Below, piece after piece: positions 31,699 to 40,042 of a DNA stretch of 64,000 bases. A program made the translations under genes and the position numbers. Below the pieces are notes generated by a model. The model worked only from the letters and a program-made list of their open reading frames with translations. It was not told the origin of the DNA and searched no databases. The first letter of the stretch is position 1. The number at the start of each line of letters is the position of its first letter. The stretch covers positions 317,248 to 381,247 of the forward strand of contig JBBCGO010000001.1 in assembly GCA_037200925.1 (NCBI GenBank), written 5' to 3'. Source of the stretch: Candidatus Doudnabacteria bacterium (GTDB lineage Bacteria; Patescibacteriota; Doudnabacteria; UBA920; O2-02-FULL-48-8).

Positions 31699-32340
31699 TT
31701 ATTTTTGTTTAATTTCTAATGTTTTAATTATATTGGTCATATCAATAAGCGCGGTGTTCAAACTTGCGCTGCCCTTCACGGGCAAACTGTTCACGTCCTT
31801 TGAATTATAAGCCATTGTCACTACCAAACCGGGAGGCTGATCATCTGTGTAATAATTGAAGTAGCCATTTCTGCTGTCCGTCAGATAAGAAAAATACCAA
31901 ACAGTAGAACCATTGGTCGGAACATTACAGTAATCTTTTTTGTCAGCAGCGGCAACATACAGATCCGCTCGGGAATAGTCATCAAATGCCGGATTTTTTT
32001 CTGAAGTCCCGCAGGGAGGGCTTGGCTGTTCGGTCACAACAGCATCAGCGCTTGGCGCCCCCATGGCAATTTCCGCAAAACGACCTCCCTCAACACCGCT
32101 GGCTTGTGAAGCCTGAGTGTTAACATAAAGAATATAGTTTCCCTTGGTAATATTGACCGCTGCGGAATTTGAACCGGCCTGAGCGGCTGTCCATCCGGCA
32201 GGGATCGTGATTTTCATGAATTGATTTTCGTAAACCTGGCTCTGTGGCGGCGGAGGTGGAGTAGGCTGAACAGCCGCTTGTTTGTTGCAAGCCGCGGCAA
32301 GTAGCAAAATTCCGATTGTAGCTACAAAAATCTTTTTCAT
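31699..32340 (-). CDS. Predicted lipoprotein, divergent PsbP-like domain
   Basis: LAAACNKQAAVQP; YENQFMKITIPAGW. Confidence 0.72.
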   Translation of the reverse strand: MKKIFVATIGILLLAAACNKQAAVQPTPPPPPQSQVYENQFMKITIPAGWTAAQAGSNSAAVNITKGNYILYVNTQASQASGVEGGRFAEIAMGAPSADAVVTEQPSPPCGTSEKNPAFDDYSRADLYVAAADKKDYCNVPTNGSTVWYFSYLTDSRNGYFNYYTDDQPPGLVVTMAYNSKDVNSLPVKGSASLNTALIDMTNIIKTLEIKQK

Positions 32341-32344
32341 AAAA

Positions 32345-33175
32345 TTATTTTTCCCGTCTCTTAACTATAAACTTATTAGATTTCTTTTTATCTCGTGTCT
32401 TTACGCCCAAAGCGTGTTTGCCCCACGGGGTTTTCGGGTATTTCAAACCGATAGGATTATGCCCTTCGCCCCCGCCGTGCGGGTGGTCTATCGGGTTCAT
32501 GGCCTTGCCGCGGACCGAAGGCCGGACTCCCATGTGGCGGACTCTCCCTGCCTTGCCGATCCGCACATACATCCAGTCAGTGTTGGAAACCTGTCCGATC
32601 GTGGCGTACGATTTGACCGGTACTTTGCGAAGCTCGCTGGAAGGCAGTTTCAGAGTCGTGTAATCCGGCTCCTGGGCAGCGACGATTGCATATGTTCCGG
32701 CAGATCTGGCGAGCAAGCCTCCCTGCCCGCCCAAAATTTCCACATTATGGACATTAGTGCCGAGGGGGATGTGTTTGAGCATCATGCGGTTTCCCGGCTT
32801 GATCTCCGCGCGTTCGGAAGTCACCAGAACTTCGCCCATCTTTACTCCGTCAGGTGCGAGAATGTACCGTCTTTCGCCGTCGCGGTAAGCCAAAAGGGAA
32901 ATGAACGCCGAACGGCCCGGATCGTATTCCAAAGTTTTGACGATTGCCGGAATATCCATCTTGTCGCGCTTAAAATCTATCAGGCGGTTTATCTGCTTAT
33001 GCCCGCCGCCCTGGTGGCGGATAGTGATCTTACCCTGGTTGTTGCGACCCGCGGTGCGGGCGGCTGATCGCATCAAAGATTTCACGGGTTTGGAATTTTT
33101 GGTCAAAACCGAATAATCCGTCACGGAATGGATGCGGCGGCCGGGTGAAGTTGGTTTGTAAATCTTGATAGCCAT
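32345..33175 (-). CDS. rplB: 50S ribosomal protein L2
   Basis: EYDPGRSA, MNPIDHPHGGGEG. Confidence 0.98.
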   Translation of the reverse strand: MAIKIYKPTSPGRRIHSVTDYSVLTKNSKPVKSLMRSAARTAGRNNQGKITIRHQGGGHKQINRLIDFKRDKMDIPAIVKTLEYDPGRSAFISLLAYRDGERRYILAPDGVKMGEVLVTSERAEIKPGNRMMLKHIPLGTNVHNVEILGGQGGLLARSAGTYAIVAAQEPDYTTLKLPSSELRKVPVKSYATIGQVSNTDWMYVRIGKAGRVRHMGVRPSVRGKAMNPIDHPHGGGEGHNPIGLKYPKTPWGKHALGVKTRDKKKSNKFIVKRREK

Positions 33176-33176
33176 A

Positions 33177-33599
33177 TTATACTCCTTCGGATAATCCTGC
33201 TATCCGTTCTCCGCTCTTTAAAGTAACTATTGCTTTCTTCCAATCCTGGGTTCTTCCCACTGACTTGCCTTGGCGGCGGTTCTTGCCGGAAACATTTATC
33301 ATATTGACCGCAGAGACATGCACGTCATATACAGCCTCAACCGCTTTTTTGACCTCTATCTTATTGGCGGTCTTGGCTACTTTGAAAACATATCGGCCGA
33401 TGGAGGAAAACTGGTTGGTTTTTTCCGACAAATGATAACGATGCAGAATATGATGCGCACGACCCGTGTTTTCTTTCAAAACAGTCGGCGTTGAATCGGT
33501 CTTTCCTGCAACAGGTTCTTTGACCAAATCCAAAACATTGTCCTCTTTCGGGGCTTTCTTGCTGCCTTGTTTGCTTTTAAATCTGTCTAAGAGCGCCAT
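33177..33599 (-). CDS. rplW: 50S ribosomal protein L23 with N-terminal extension
   Basis: SEKT, ANKIEVKKAVE, WKKAIVTL. Confidence 0.95.
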   Translation of the reverse strand: MALLDRFKSKQGSKKAPKEDNVLDLVKEPVAGKTDSTPTVLKENTGRAHHILHRYHLSEKTNQFSSIGRYVFKVAKTANKIEVKKAVEAVYDVHVSAVNMINVSGKNRRQGKSVGRTQDWKKAIVTLKSGERIAGLSEGV

Positions 33600-33603
33600 A
33601 TCA

Positions 33604-34245
33604 TTAAACTTTTAAATACGTTTTCTCAATAATTGGCAACGCATCTTTCAAAACCAATACATCATGCTTCAAAAGATCCAAAACATTCAGCCGATCGGCG
33701 TATAGGACTTTCACATTTTCCAGATTTCGCGCAGCCCGTTCCAGGTCTTTATTATGCGTGGCCAGAACCAGCAAATATTTCTTGCCGAACTCGGCTTTGC
33801 CGGCAACAACCGCCAGTTTTGCCGCCAGTTCTTTCGATTTGGCGGTATTATCAAAACTTTCCACGATAACTAACTTATGCTCATTGACCTTGTCGGTCAA
33901 AACGCTGAACATTGCTTTTCTTTGGGCTGACTTGTTCATTTTCAAGGACCAATTGCGGGCGCTGGTCGGGCCAAAAGTGACTCCGCCGTGCCGCCAAATA
34001 GGCGAACGGACCGAGCCGGCTCTGGCGCGTCCGGTGCCTTTTTGCTTCCACGGCTTTTTGCCGGAACCGGCTACCTCGCCGCGGTTTTTCGTATGGGCGA
34101 TCGACCGGCGGGCGTTATTTCTCTGCGTTCGCACAGCCGAGTGGACCAGATTACCGTCAATTTTTTCAATGCCAAAGATCTTCGGATTCAGGTCCAGTTC
34201 CGTTACTTTTTCGCCTGTTTGGTTGTAGACTGATGTTTTTGCCAT
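33604..34245 (-). CDS. rplD: 50S ribosomal protein L4
   Basis: KPWKQKGTGRARAGS. Confidence 0.98.
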   Translation of the reverse strand: MAKTSVYNQTGEKVTELDLNPKIFGIEKIDGNLVHSAVRTQRNNARRSIAHTKNRGEVAGSGKKPWKQKGTGRARAGSVRSPIWRHGGVTFGPTSARNWSLKMNKSAQRKAMFSVLTDKVNEHKLVIVESFDNTAKSKELAAKLAVVAGKAEFGKKYLLVLATHNKDLERAARNLENVKVLYADRLNVLDLLKHDVLVLKDALPIIEKTYLKV

Positions 34246-34246
34246 A

Positions 34247-34840
34247 TTAGTTCCTAATCAAATTAGGGCAATCAGTAAACACACCGTCTATCTGAAATTC
34301 TTTAAGCTTTTCAAATCTTTCCCGGTCATTTACTGTCCAGATGAAGATCTTTTTATTCAGCTTTTTCAGATACTCGATCGTGATCCTGTTGCAAAAAAAC
34401 GATTTTGGATGAATGGAATAAAGCTGCAGAGTGCGGTCCAGCTTCGGAATGAGCGGAAGAAGAAAAAAATTCTCTCCCAGTATCAGCCCGAGTTTGATAT
34501 TTTCATCCAAACTTCTGATCTTCTTCAGTATCGACGGATACTTGGAGGAAACCAGAACTTCAGAGGAAAAATTCTTAAGCAATTCTACGAGCTGGGTTTC
34601 AAAACCCGTCTCTTTAACTTCCAGGTTCAGCGCAACCTTCGCGACCCGAAGCAGTTCTTCCAAGGTTGCCGGCTGGTTGTGTTTGTTCAAAAAATTATGG
34701 CACAGAACGATCTGGCCGTCGGAATTGAGGCGCAAGTCGGTTTCAAGCATGTCCACTCCCAGCTCCTGCGCTTTTTGAAAAGAACGGATAGTATTCTCAG
34801 GTTCCAGGCTTGGCGCTCCTCTGTGTCCTATTATTAGCAT
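34247..34840 (-). CDS. Glycerophosphodiester phosphodiesterase family protein
   Basis: IGHRG, ENTI, ETD, NLEVK, WTVND, GVFTD. Confidence 0.9.
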   Translation of the reverse strand: MLIIGHRGAPSLEPENTIRSFQKAQELGVDMLETDLRLNSDGQIVLCHNFLNKHNQPATLEELLRVAKVALNLEVKETGFETQLVELLKNFSSEVLVSSKYPSILKKIRSLDENIKLGLILGENFFLLPLIPKLDRTLQLYSIHPKSFFCNRITIEYLKKLNKKIFIWTVNDRERFEKLKEFQIDGVFTDCPNLIRN

Positions 34841-34898
34841 AAATATTGAATTTTGATTTTAGTTTTTAACCTGTCGCGCATGATCGTCAACGTTGTTA

Positions 34899-35504
34899 CT
34901 AACTCTGCGTCTGGATCCTGACTATACCGCCGTTTGCGCCCGGAACCGCTCCTTTCACTGCTATCAGATTTCTCTTGAGGTCCACATCCACGACTTCCAG
35001 ATTGATGACTGTCCGCACGCCGCCCATGCGTCCGGCCATATGCAAACCTTTTCTGACATGCTGGGGAAACCTGCCGCCGATGGCGCCCACGGCTCTCGGA
35101 TGGTCATGGCCGTGGGAAGCCGGCGCGCCTTTGAACCTGTAACGCTTGATCGGTCCTGCAAATCCCCGGCCTTTCATTTCTGCCGTAACTTTCACCTTGT
35201 CGCCGACGGCAAACGCGTCAACTTTTATCTCCTGGCCTTTTTCAAAACTGTCTTTTTCGGAAATTCTGAATTCCGCCAAAGTTTTAAATGCGCCCGCCTC
35301 TTTGCCGTGCCCTAGTTCTGCTTTGTTTGCGTTCTTCTTCTTGCCAAACCCAACCTGCACGGCCTGGTATTTGTCTTTATCCAAGGTTTTGACCTGCACG
35401 ACTTTGACCGGTCCTGCCAAAAGAATGGTTACGGGCACGACCTTGCCGTCTTTCGTGAACATCTGCGACATATTCAGTTTTTCAGCGAGAATGAATTTGG
35501 ACAT
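34899..35504 (-). CDS. rplC: 50S ribosomal protein L3
   Basis: VVPVT, KGRGFAG, SHG, MAGRMG, KGAVPG. Confidence 0.97.
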   Translation of the reverse strand: MSKFILAEKLNMSQMFTKDGKVVPVTILLAGPVKVVQVKTLDKDKYQAVQVGFGKKKNANKAELGHGKEAGAFKTLAEFRISEKDSFEKGQEIKVDAFAVGDKVKVTAEMKGRGFAGPIKRYRFKGAPASHGHDHPRAVGAIGGRFPQHVRKGLHMAGRMGGVRTVINLEVVDVDLKRNLIAVKGAVPGANGGIVRIQTQS

Positions 35505-35509
35505 AAATT

Positions 35510-35613
35510 TGGCTTAAAGAAAAACCATTCAGATCCCAGAAAGCTTCAGAAACCTGAATGGTTCTTCTTCGTTGGCGATTTCCGGGAGGATCTATCCAAC
35601 ATACACTATTATA
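35510..35613 (-). promoter_or_regulatory. Candidate internal -10 box and structured leader of rplC
   Basis: TATAAT at 35608-35613; long hairpin AAGAACCATTCAGG / TCTGAATGGTTTTT. Confidence 0.5.
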
Positions 35614-35618
35614 ATTTT

Positions 35619-35945
35619 TTACATTTTGATCTCTATATCCACTCCTGCCGGCAAATTCAGATTACTTAATGCATCAATTGTTTTCGGCGTAGGAGAAGCA
35701 ATATCTATCAGGCGCTTATGAATGCGCATCTCAAACTGCTCGCGGGCATTCTTATGCACGAAGGTCGAGCGGTTCACGGTATACTTTGTCTTTTCAGTCG
35801 GAAGCGGAACAGGCCCGATGACCGCAGCGCCTGTTCGCTTGGCAGTTTCTACGATCTGCTTCGCGGACTGGTCTATCAGCTTATGGTCATAAGCCCGGAT
35901 CTTGATCCTTATTCTGCCTTTATTCTCGTCAGTATCTTGCGCCAT
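35619..35945 (-). CDS. rpsJ: 30S ribosomal protein S10
   Basis: [21 protein letters not shown]. Confidence 0.98.
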   Translation of the reverse strand: MAQDTDENKGRIRIKIRAYDHKLIDQSAKQIVETAKRTGAAVIGPVPLPTEKTKYTVNRSTFVHKNAREQFEMRIHKRLIDIASPTPKTIDALSNLNLPAGVDIEIKM

Positions 35946-35977
35946 CTGGTTTGTAAATATTACTTAACGCTCTTGTT

Positions 35978-36006
35978 AAAATACACATTTTCGAAGGGTT
36001 TGTCAA
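35978..36006 (-). promoter_or_regulatory. Sigma70-type promoter for rpsJ
   Basis: TTGACA-17 nt-TATTTT. Confidence 0.65.
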
Positions 36007-36020
36007 CACCGGAAGGGATG

Positions 36021-36569
36021 TTATTTGGTAAATTTAACACTGGCCAGAATATAGTTTAATATTTGATCGTTCGTGGAATTTTTAAATCTGTTATCATAAG
36101 AAATCGCCAAGTAATTGTTAGCTGAAAAAGGAATCGAGATAAGTTGTTCCTTCGCGTCCGAAATACTGGTCGCTTGCTTGCCGCCGACGGTCAATTGCGT
36201 AGGGTTCCCTAATTTGCTTAAATTTCCCGTACCATTACCAACACTAAGCGAAAATATACAAACCGCCGAGGCCAAATTCTGCGGGTCAAAACAAGATTTT
36301 GATTCACTGACCAGCTTTAATCCCGAAACAAAAAGTGGGGATGGCTGCATAATTTCCATTTGTAAGCTTGTCGGATACTTGAACTCAAATCCATATTGCG
36401 CATTGGTATAAGTTTTCCAACCTGCTGTCGGGTCAGTTGTGGGGGCAGGGGCTGGTGCAGGAGTTTGAGTTACCGGCTGCGGGGCGGGAGCGGGCTGAAC
36501 AGCCGCCTGATTGTTGCAAGCCGCGGCGAGGAGCAAAACTGCTGATGTAATTACTAGAATCTTCTTCAT
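36021..36569 (-). CDS. Predicted lipoprotein with PsbP-like domain
   Basis: MKKIL...LAAACNNQAAVQP; WKTYTNAQYGFEFKYP...ILASVKFTK. Confidence 0.75.
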   Translation of the reverse strand: MKKILVITSAVLLLAAACNNQAAVQPAPAPQPVTQTPAPAPAPTTDPTAGWKTYTNAQYGFEFKYPTSLQMEIMQPSPLFVSGLKLVSESKSCFDPQNLASAVCIFSLSVGNGTGNLSKLGNPTQLTVGGKQATSISDAKEQLISIPFSANNYLAISYDNRFKNSTNDQILNYILASVKFTK

Positions 36570-36585
36570 AACTTCCAACCTAACC

Positions 36586-36620
36586 AAAGGACTACTTGGG
36601 GTTTCCTCAAGTAGTCCTTT
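36586..36620 (-). terminator. Hairpin after tuf
   Basis: ggactacttg / caagtagtcc inverted repeat. Confidence 0.55.
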
Positions 36621-36625
36621 ATTTT

Positions 36626-37813
36626 TTACTTTGTGATCTTGAGCACTACGCCGGCTCCTACGGTGTGTCCGCCTTCGCGGATGGCGAAACGCATCTTCTC
36701 TTCCATGGCCACGGGTGTGATCAATTTAATTTTTAAGGTAACGGTGTCGCCCGGCATGACCATTTCCTGCCCTGCTGGCAGTTCAACTTCTCCGGTCACG
36801 TCAGTGGTTCGGATATAAAATTGGGGTTTGTAGCCTTTGAAGAAAGGAGTATGACGGCCGCCTTCTTCCTTGGTCAGAATGTAGACTTCAGCGTCAAATT
36901 CAGTGTGAGGGGTCACAGAACCCGGCTTGGCCAAAACTTGTCCGCGTTCAACATCTTCTTTCTTGGTGCCGCGGAGCAAAACCCCGGCATTGTCGCCGGC
37001 CCGGCCTTCTTCCAATTGCTTGTTGAACATTTCAATACCGGTCACAACCGTCTTTGTGGTCGGGCGGATGCCGACGATCTCAATTTCTTCGCCGATCTTG
37101 ACTATGCCGCGTTCAATTCTTCCTGTGACCACAGTGCCGCGTCCTTCAATTGAAAAAATATCTTCTATCGGCATCAGATATGGCTTGTCGGTTTCTCGCA
37201 CCGGTTCAGGGATATAAGTGTCCAATGCTTCTACCAATTTCAGAATTGAAGGCTCGCCGATCTCTGACTGGTCGCCTTCCAACGCTTTGAGCGCGGAACC
37301 GCGGATGATAGGAGTATCTTTTCCCGGAAAGCCGTATTTGGTCAAAAGGTCGCGAATTTCTTCTTCCACCAGATCAAGCAATTCCTTGTCATCCACCATA
37401 TCCACTTTGTTCATATAAACCACGATGTAAGGAACGCCAACCTGCTTGGCAAGCAAAATATGTTCGCGGGTCTGAGGCATGGGACCGTCAGTTGCTGACA
37501 CGACCAAGATCGCGCCGTCCATCTGGGCTGCACCCGTGATCATATTCTTGATGTAATCTGCGTGTCCCGGACAGTCCACGTGCGCATAGTGGCGCTTGTC
37601 TGATTCGTATTCAACGTGCGTGGTGTTGATGGTTATACCGCGCGCCTTTTCTTCCGGTGATTTATCAATATCATCATACGCGCGGGCCTTAGCCTTGCCG
37701 GTTTTGGCCAGCACGTTGGTGATTGCCGCAGTCAATGTAGTCTTGCCATGGTCAACGTGGCCAATGGTGCCGATGTTGATATGCGGTTTGGAACGGTCAA
37801 ATTTCTCTGCCAT
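36626..37813 (-). CDS. tuf: Elongation factor Tu
   Basis: [21 protein letters not shown]. Confidence 0.99.
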   Translation of the reverse strand: MAEKFDRSKPHINIGTIGHVDHGKTTLTAAITNVLAKTGKAKARAYDDIDKSPEEKARGITINTTHVEYESDKRHYAHVDCPGHADYIKNMITGAAQMDGAILVVSATDGPMPQTREHILLAKQVGVPYIVVYMNKVDMVDDKELLDLVEEEIRDLLTKYGFPGKDTPIIRGSALKALEGDQSEIGEPSILKLVEALDTYIPEPVRETDKPYLMPIEDIFSIEGRGTVVTGRIERGIVKIGEEIEIVGIRPTTKTVVTGIEMFNKQLEEGRAGDNAGVLLRGTKKEDVERGQVLAKPGSVTPHTEFDAEVYILTKEEGGRHTPFFKGYKPQFYIRTTDVTGEVELPAGQEMVMPGDTVTLKIKLITPVAMEEKMRFAIREGGHTVGAGVVLKITK

Positions 37814-37946
37814 ACAAAATAGCCTTATTTTATTAAGGTTTAAGCGCTTATCATTCTGATCCTAAGCCAAGGATCTTTCGACCATGACACTTGGCCAAGT
37901 TCAGGATGAGGGCTCAAAACCTATATTTAATTATAGTCACTTGGAG

Positions 37947-37975
37947 ATTATATAGGATTTGGAGGGCCTTAGCAA
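37947..37975 (-). promoter_or_regulatory. Sigma70-type promoter for tuf
   Basis: TTGCTA-17 nt-TATAAT. Confidence 0.65.
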
Positions 37976-37988
37976 GTCCTCCAACCCT

Positions 37989-37997
37989 TGTGGATAA
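37989..37997 (-). promoter_or_regulatory. Single consensus DnaA box
   Basis: tgtggataa = reverse complement of TTATCCACA, between divergent promoters. Confidence 0.45.
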
Positions 37998-38039
37998 ATA
38001 CCCTAAATGATATGCTAGGAAACCATAAGGAGGACGTTT

Positions 38040-38354
38040 GTGATTGATCCTACTGAGGAGACCATCCTGGCGATCACCGTATATTTGAAAAGACAACGCG
38101 CTATCTTTGAAACAATGAGCCAAGGCCTGGATGAAAATGCAAACCTATTCAAGGAAACCCTTGCCCAGATAGATGAGGCCATCGCCCATCTGCAGGCTGG
38201 CGCTTTTTCTCGGACAATCAGTCTATTAGAGGAACAACGTCACATTACCTCGAAGATAAATTTAAACACGATCGAAAAAGATGAGGTCAACAGAGTAGTG
38301 TTTAAACTGCTGGACGAATGGCTCAGAGTTCTTAAAAAACAGATCCAGTCATAA
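38040..38354 (+). CDS. Hypothetical helical protein
   Basis: AAGGAGG then GTG start. Confidence 0.65.
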   Translation: MIDPTEETILAITVYLKRQRAIFETMSQGLDENANLFKETLAQIDEAIAHLQAGAFSRTISLLEEQRHITSKINLNTIEKDEVNRVVFKLLDEWLRVLKKQIQS

Positions 38355-38395
38355 GCTAAGTTTCTGGAATAATCGGGTCAAAAAGGAGGGCTTAA

Positions 38396-38788
38396 TTGCC
38401 CAAGAACATACGACCGCGGGTGAACCGGCTGGCCCGAAACAAGCAAGACGACAAACTTAGCTTTGTGATCAAAGAGGTCGAAGAATATGTGAGAGCCAGG
38501 ATCAAGTTGCATACAAAGGCAGCTCGGCGAAAAGGCGATAAGCTCTTGGCTCAAATTTTTCTGGTCCAAGACAAAAATGCCCTGAAATATTTGAACACGG
38601 GGCATCTGCCGAAAGTAGTTCAATTCCTGGCCGACGAACAGGAACTGTGCCGGGAGTTGGCCAAGAGCGCCCGCGAGGTAATGAAAGAGTTGCCGCGAGC
38701 CCAGCTCCTGGTACAAATCCGTGAGGCCCAGATCGAAGCTGAAATGGTCGGTCAGTGGATCAAGGTTCTTTCCAAACAACAGCGATGA
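38396..38788 (+). CDS. Hypothetical helical protein
   Basis: AAGGAGG then TTG start; hairpin and T tract downstream. Confidence 0.65.
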   Translation: MPKNIRPRVNRLARNKQDDKLSFVIKEVEEYVRARIKLHTKAARRKGDKLLAQIFLVQDKNALKYLNTGHLPKVVQFLADEQELCRELAKSAREVMKELPRAQLLVQIREAQIEAEMVGQWIKVLSKQQR

Positions 38789-38899
38789 TCTGCCAAGATC
38801 AGCTGCCCCGCCCGCCCAAGCTAAATGCTGCTGCGGGTTCTTTTTTTATACAAAAAAATGATATACTGGAGGCCAAACAAGGAGGAGGATGTGAAATAC

Positions 38900-39337
38900 A
38901 TGATAGGACTCTTCCGAAGACTGCGTGCTTTGATGCCCGGCAGAAAAGACTGGTATCTAGGAACTTGGGGGCCTGATGTTTGCAAAGGTACGTGGAACTT
39001 TGACAACGGACGAGCCGTAATATTCGAACTTACTCCGCTCATATCCGTGGCTCGCTACCATACCCAAAGGGAAGCCGAGGATATAGCGTTGTATCTCAAT
39101 CAGGTAAATTTTTGCATTGTGCGGCCGGACAAAAGCATCTACGACGCGCCTGTGAGGATGCTGACCCTTTCGCCTGAAAACGACAGGTGGAACAAAATGG
39201 CTCTGGGCATCGCAGACAAGAAAACGCACGCTTGGCCGTTTGATTCCATCATAGGAGGACCGAATGAAGATCGAGCTCAACCTTTCGATAAGGGTGACGC
39301 AACAAATCCAAACGCTTCCTCTGATCAGGCGGTTTAG
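38900..39337 (+). CDS. Hypothetical protein
   Basis: GGAGGAGG upstream; 3' end may be extended by a frameshift at ttt 39239-39241. Confidence 0.55.
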   Translation: MIGLFRRLRALMPGRKDWYLGTWGPDVCKGTWNFDNGRAVIFELTPLISVARYHTQREAEDIALYLNQVNFCIVRPDKSIYDAPVRMLTLSPENDRWNKMALGIADKKTHAWPFDSIIGGPNEDRAQPFDKGDATNPNASSDQAV

Positions 39338-39554
39338 GAAAAAGATCGAGATCGACCTGCCCGAGGGAGCCACGGTCGCGGATGTGAAGCTCGGACCAAA
39401 CAACGAGATCCGCGTCTCAATAAATGCCGATGGGATTGTCAACGAAGCCAGTTTCTGGAAGCTGGATCTTGATTGGCAACCGAACGGTCTGGCTTACACC
39501 AAGCAGATGGCACGGCCTATTGATCCGGAAGCCTGGCGCGCGGCCGTGGACTAA
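39264..39554 (+). CDS. Hypothetical protein
   Basis: AGGAGG then ATG. Confidence 0.6.
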   Translation: MKIELNLSIRVTQQIQTLPLIRRFRKKIEIDLPEGATVADVKLGPNNEIRVSINADGIVNEASFWKLDLDWQPNGLAYTKQMARPIDPEAWRAAVD

Positions 39555-39572
39555 TGATTATCCGGAGGAGAC

Positions 39573-39791
39573 ATGAACAGACTGACCCGCTCAGAACGCT
39601 CAATCGGTCTGCGGCAGGCTCAACAGTCGAACCCGGAGCATTTCGCCGCCAAGTTCGAACTCGAACAGAACTATCGCAAAAAAGTCAGGAACGGTAAGCT
39701 GGTTCTGCTTGCGATCGTTGTTGTGGTTGTCTGGTGGCCTGATATCTTCAGATCAATAAGCCGGATCATGCACATGGTCGCTCGCAACTGA
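39573..39791 (+). CDS. Small protein with one TM helix
   Basis: GGAGG SD; LVLLAIVVVVVWW. Confidence 0.6.
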   Translation: MNRLTRSERSIGLRQAQQSNPEHFAAKFELEQNYRKKVRNGKLVLLAIVVVVVWWPDIFRSISRIMHMVARN

Positions 39792-39817
39792 CGACCTGCC
39801 GCGAGGAGGAAAACTCC

Positions 39818-39955
39818 GTGTACTACCCGTCCCGATTCGACCGCTTCATCGTGCGCTTGGCCTACTGGGCCGGATGGCTCACTGATGTGGACAAAGAACT
39901 GGTGCAAGCCTTTCTGAACTCGCCCAGACACCCGCCCAAACTCACGCCAAAGTGA
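39818..39955 (+). CDS. Small hypothetical protein (45 aa)
   Basis: GAGGAGG then GTG; manual translation (M)YYPSRFDRFIVRLAYWAGWLTD... Confidence 0.45.
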   Translation: MYYPSRFDRFIVRLAYWAGWLTDVDKELVQAFLNSPRHPPKLTPK

Positions 39956-40005
39956 ATTTGGGTCTTTTTTTTGCTCATGACTTTGCTGCTGAGCATTATC
40001 TGGAA

Positions 40006-40030
40006 CAAAAAACCGCCTTTCGGCGGTTTT
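40006..40030 (-). terminator. Intrinsic terminator after fusA
   Basis: aaaaccgcc-tttc-ggcggtttt. Confidence 0.8.
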
Positions 40031-40042
40031 AAAATTTTAAGT

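Noticed and set aside
37989-37997. Replication origin
   Set aside because: Only one DnaA box noticed, no dnaA gene and no switch in gene orientation.
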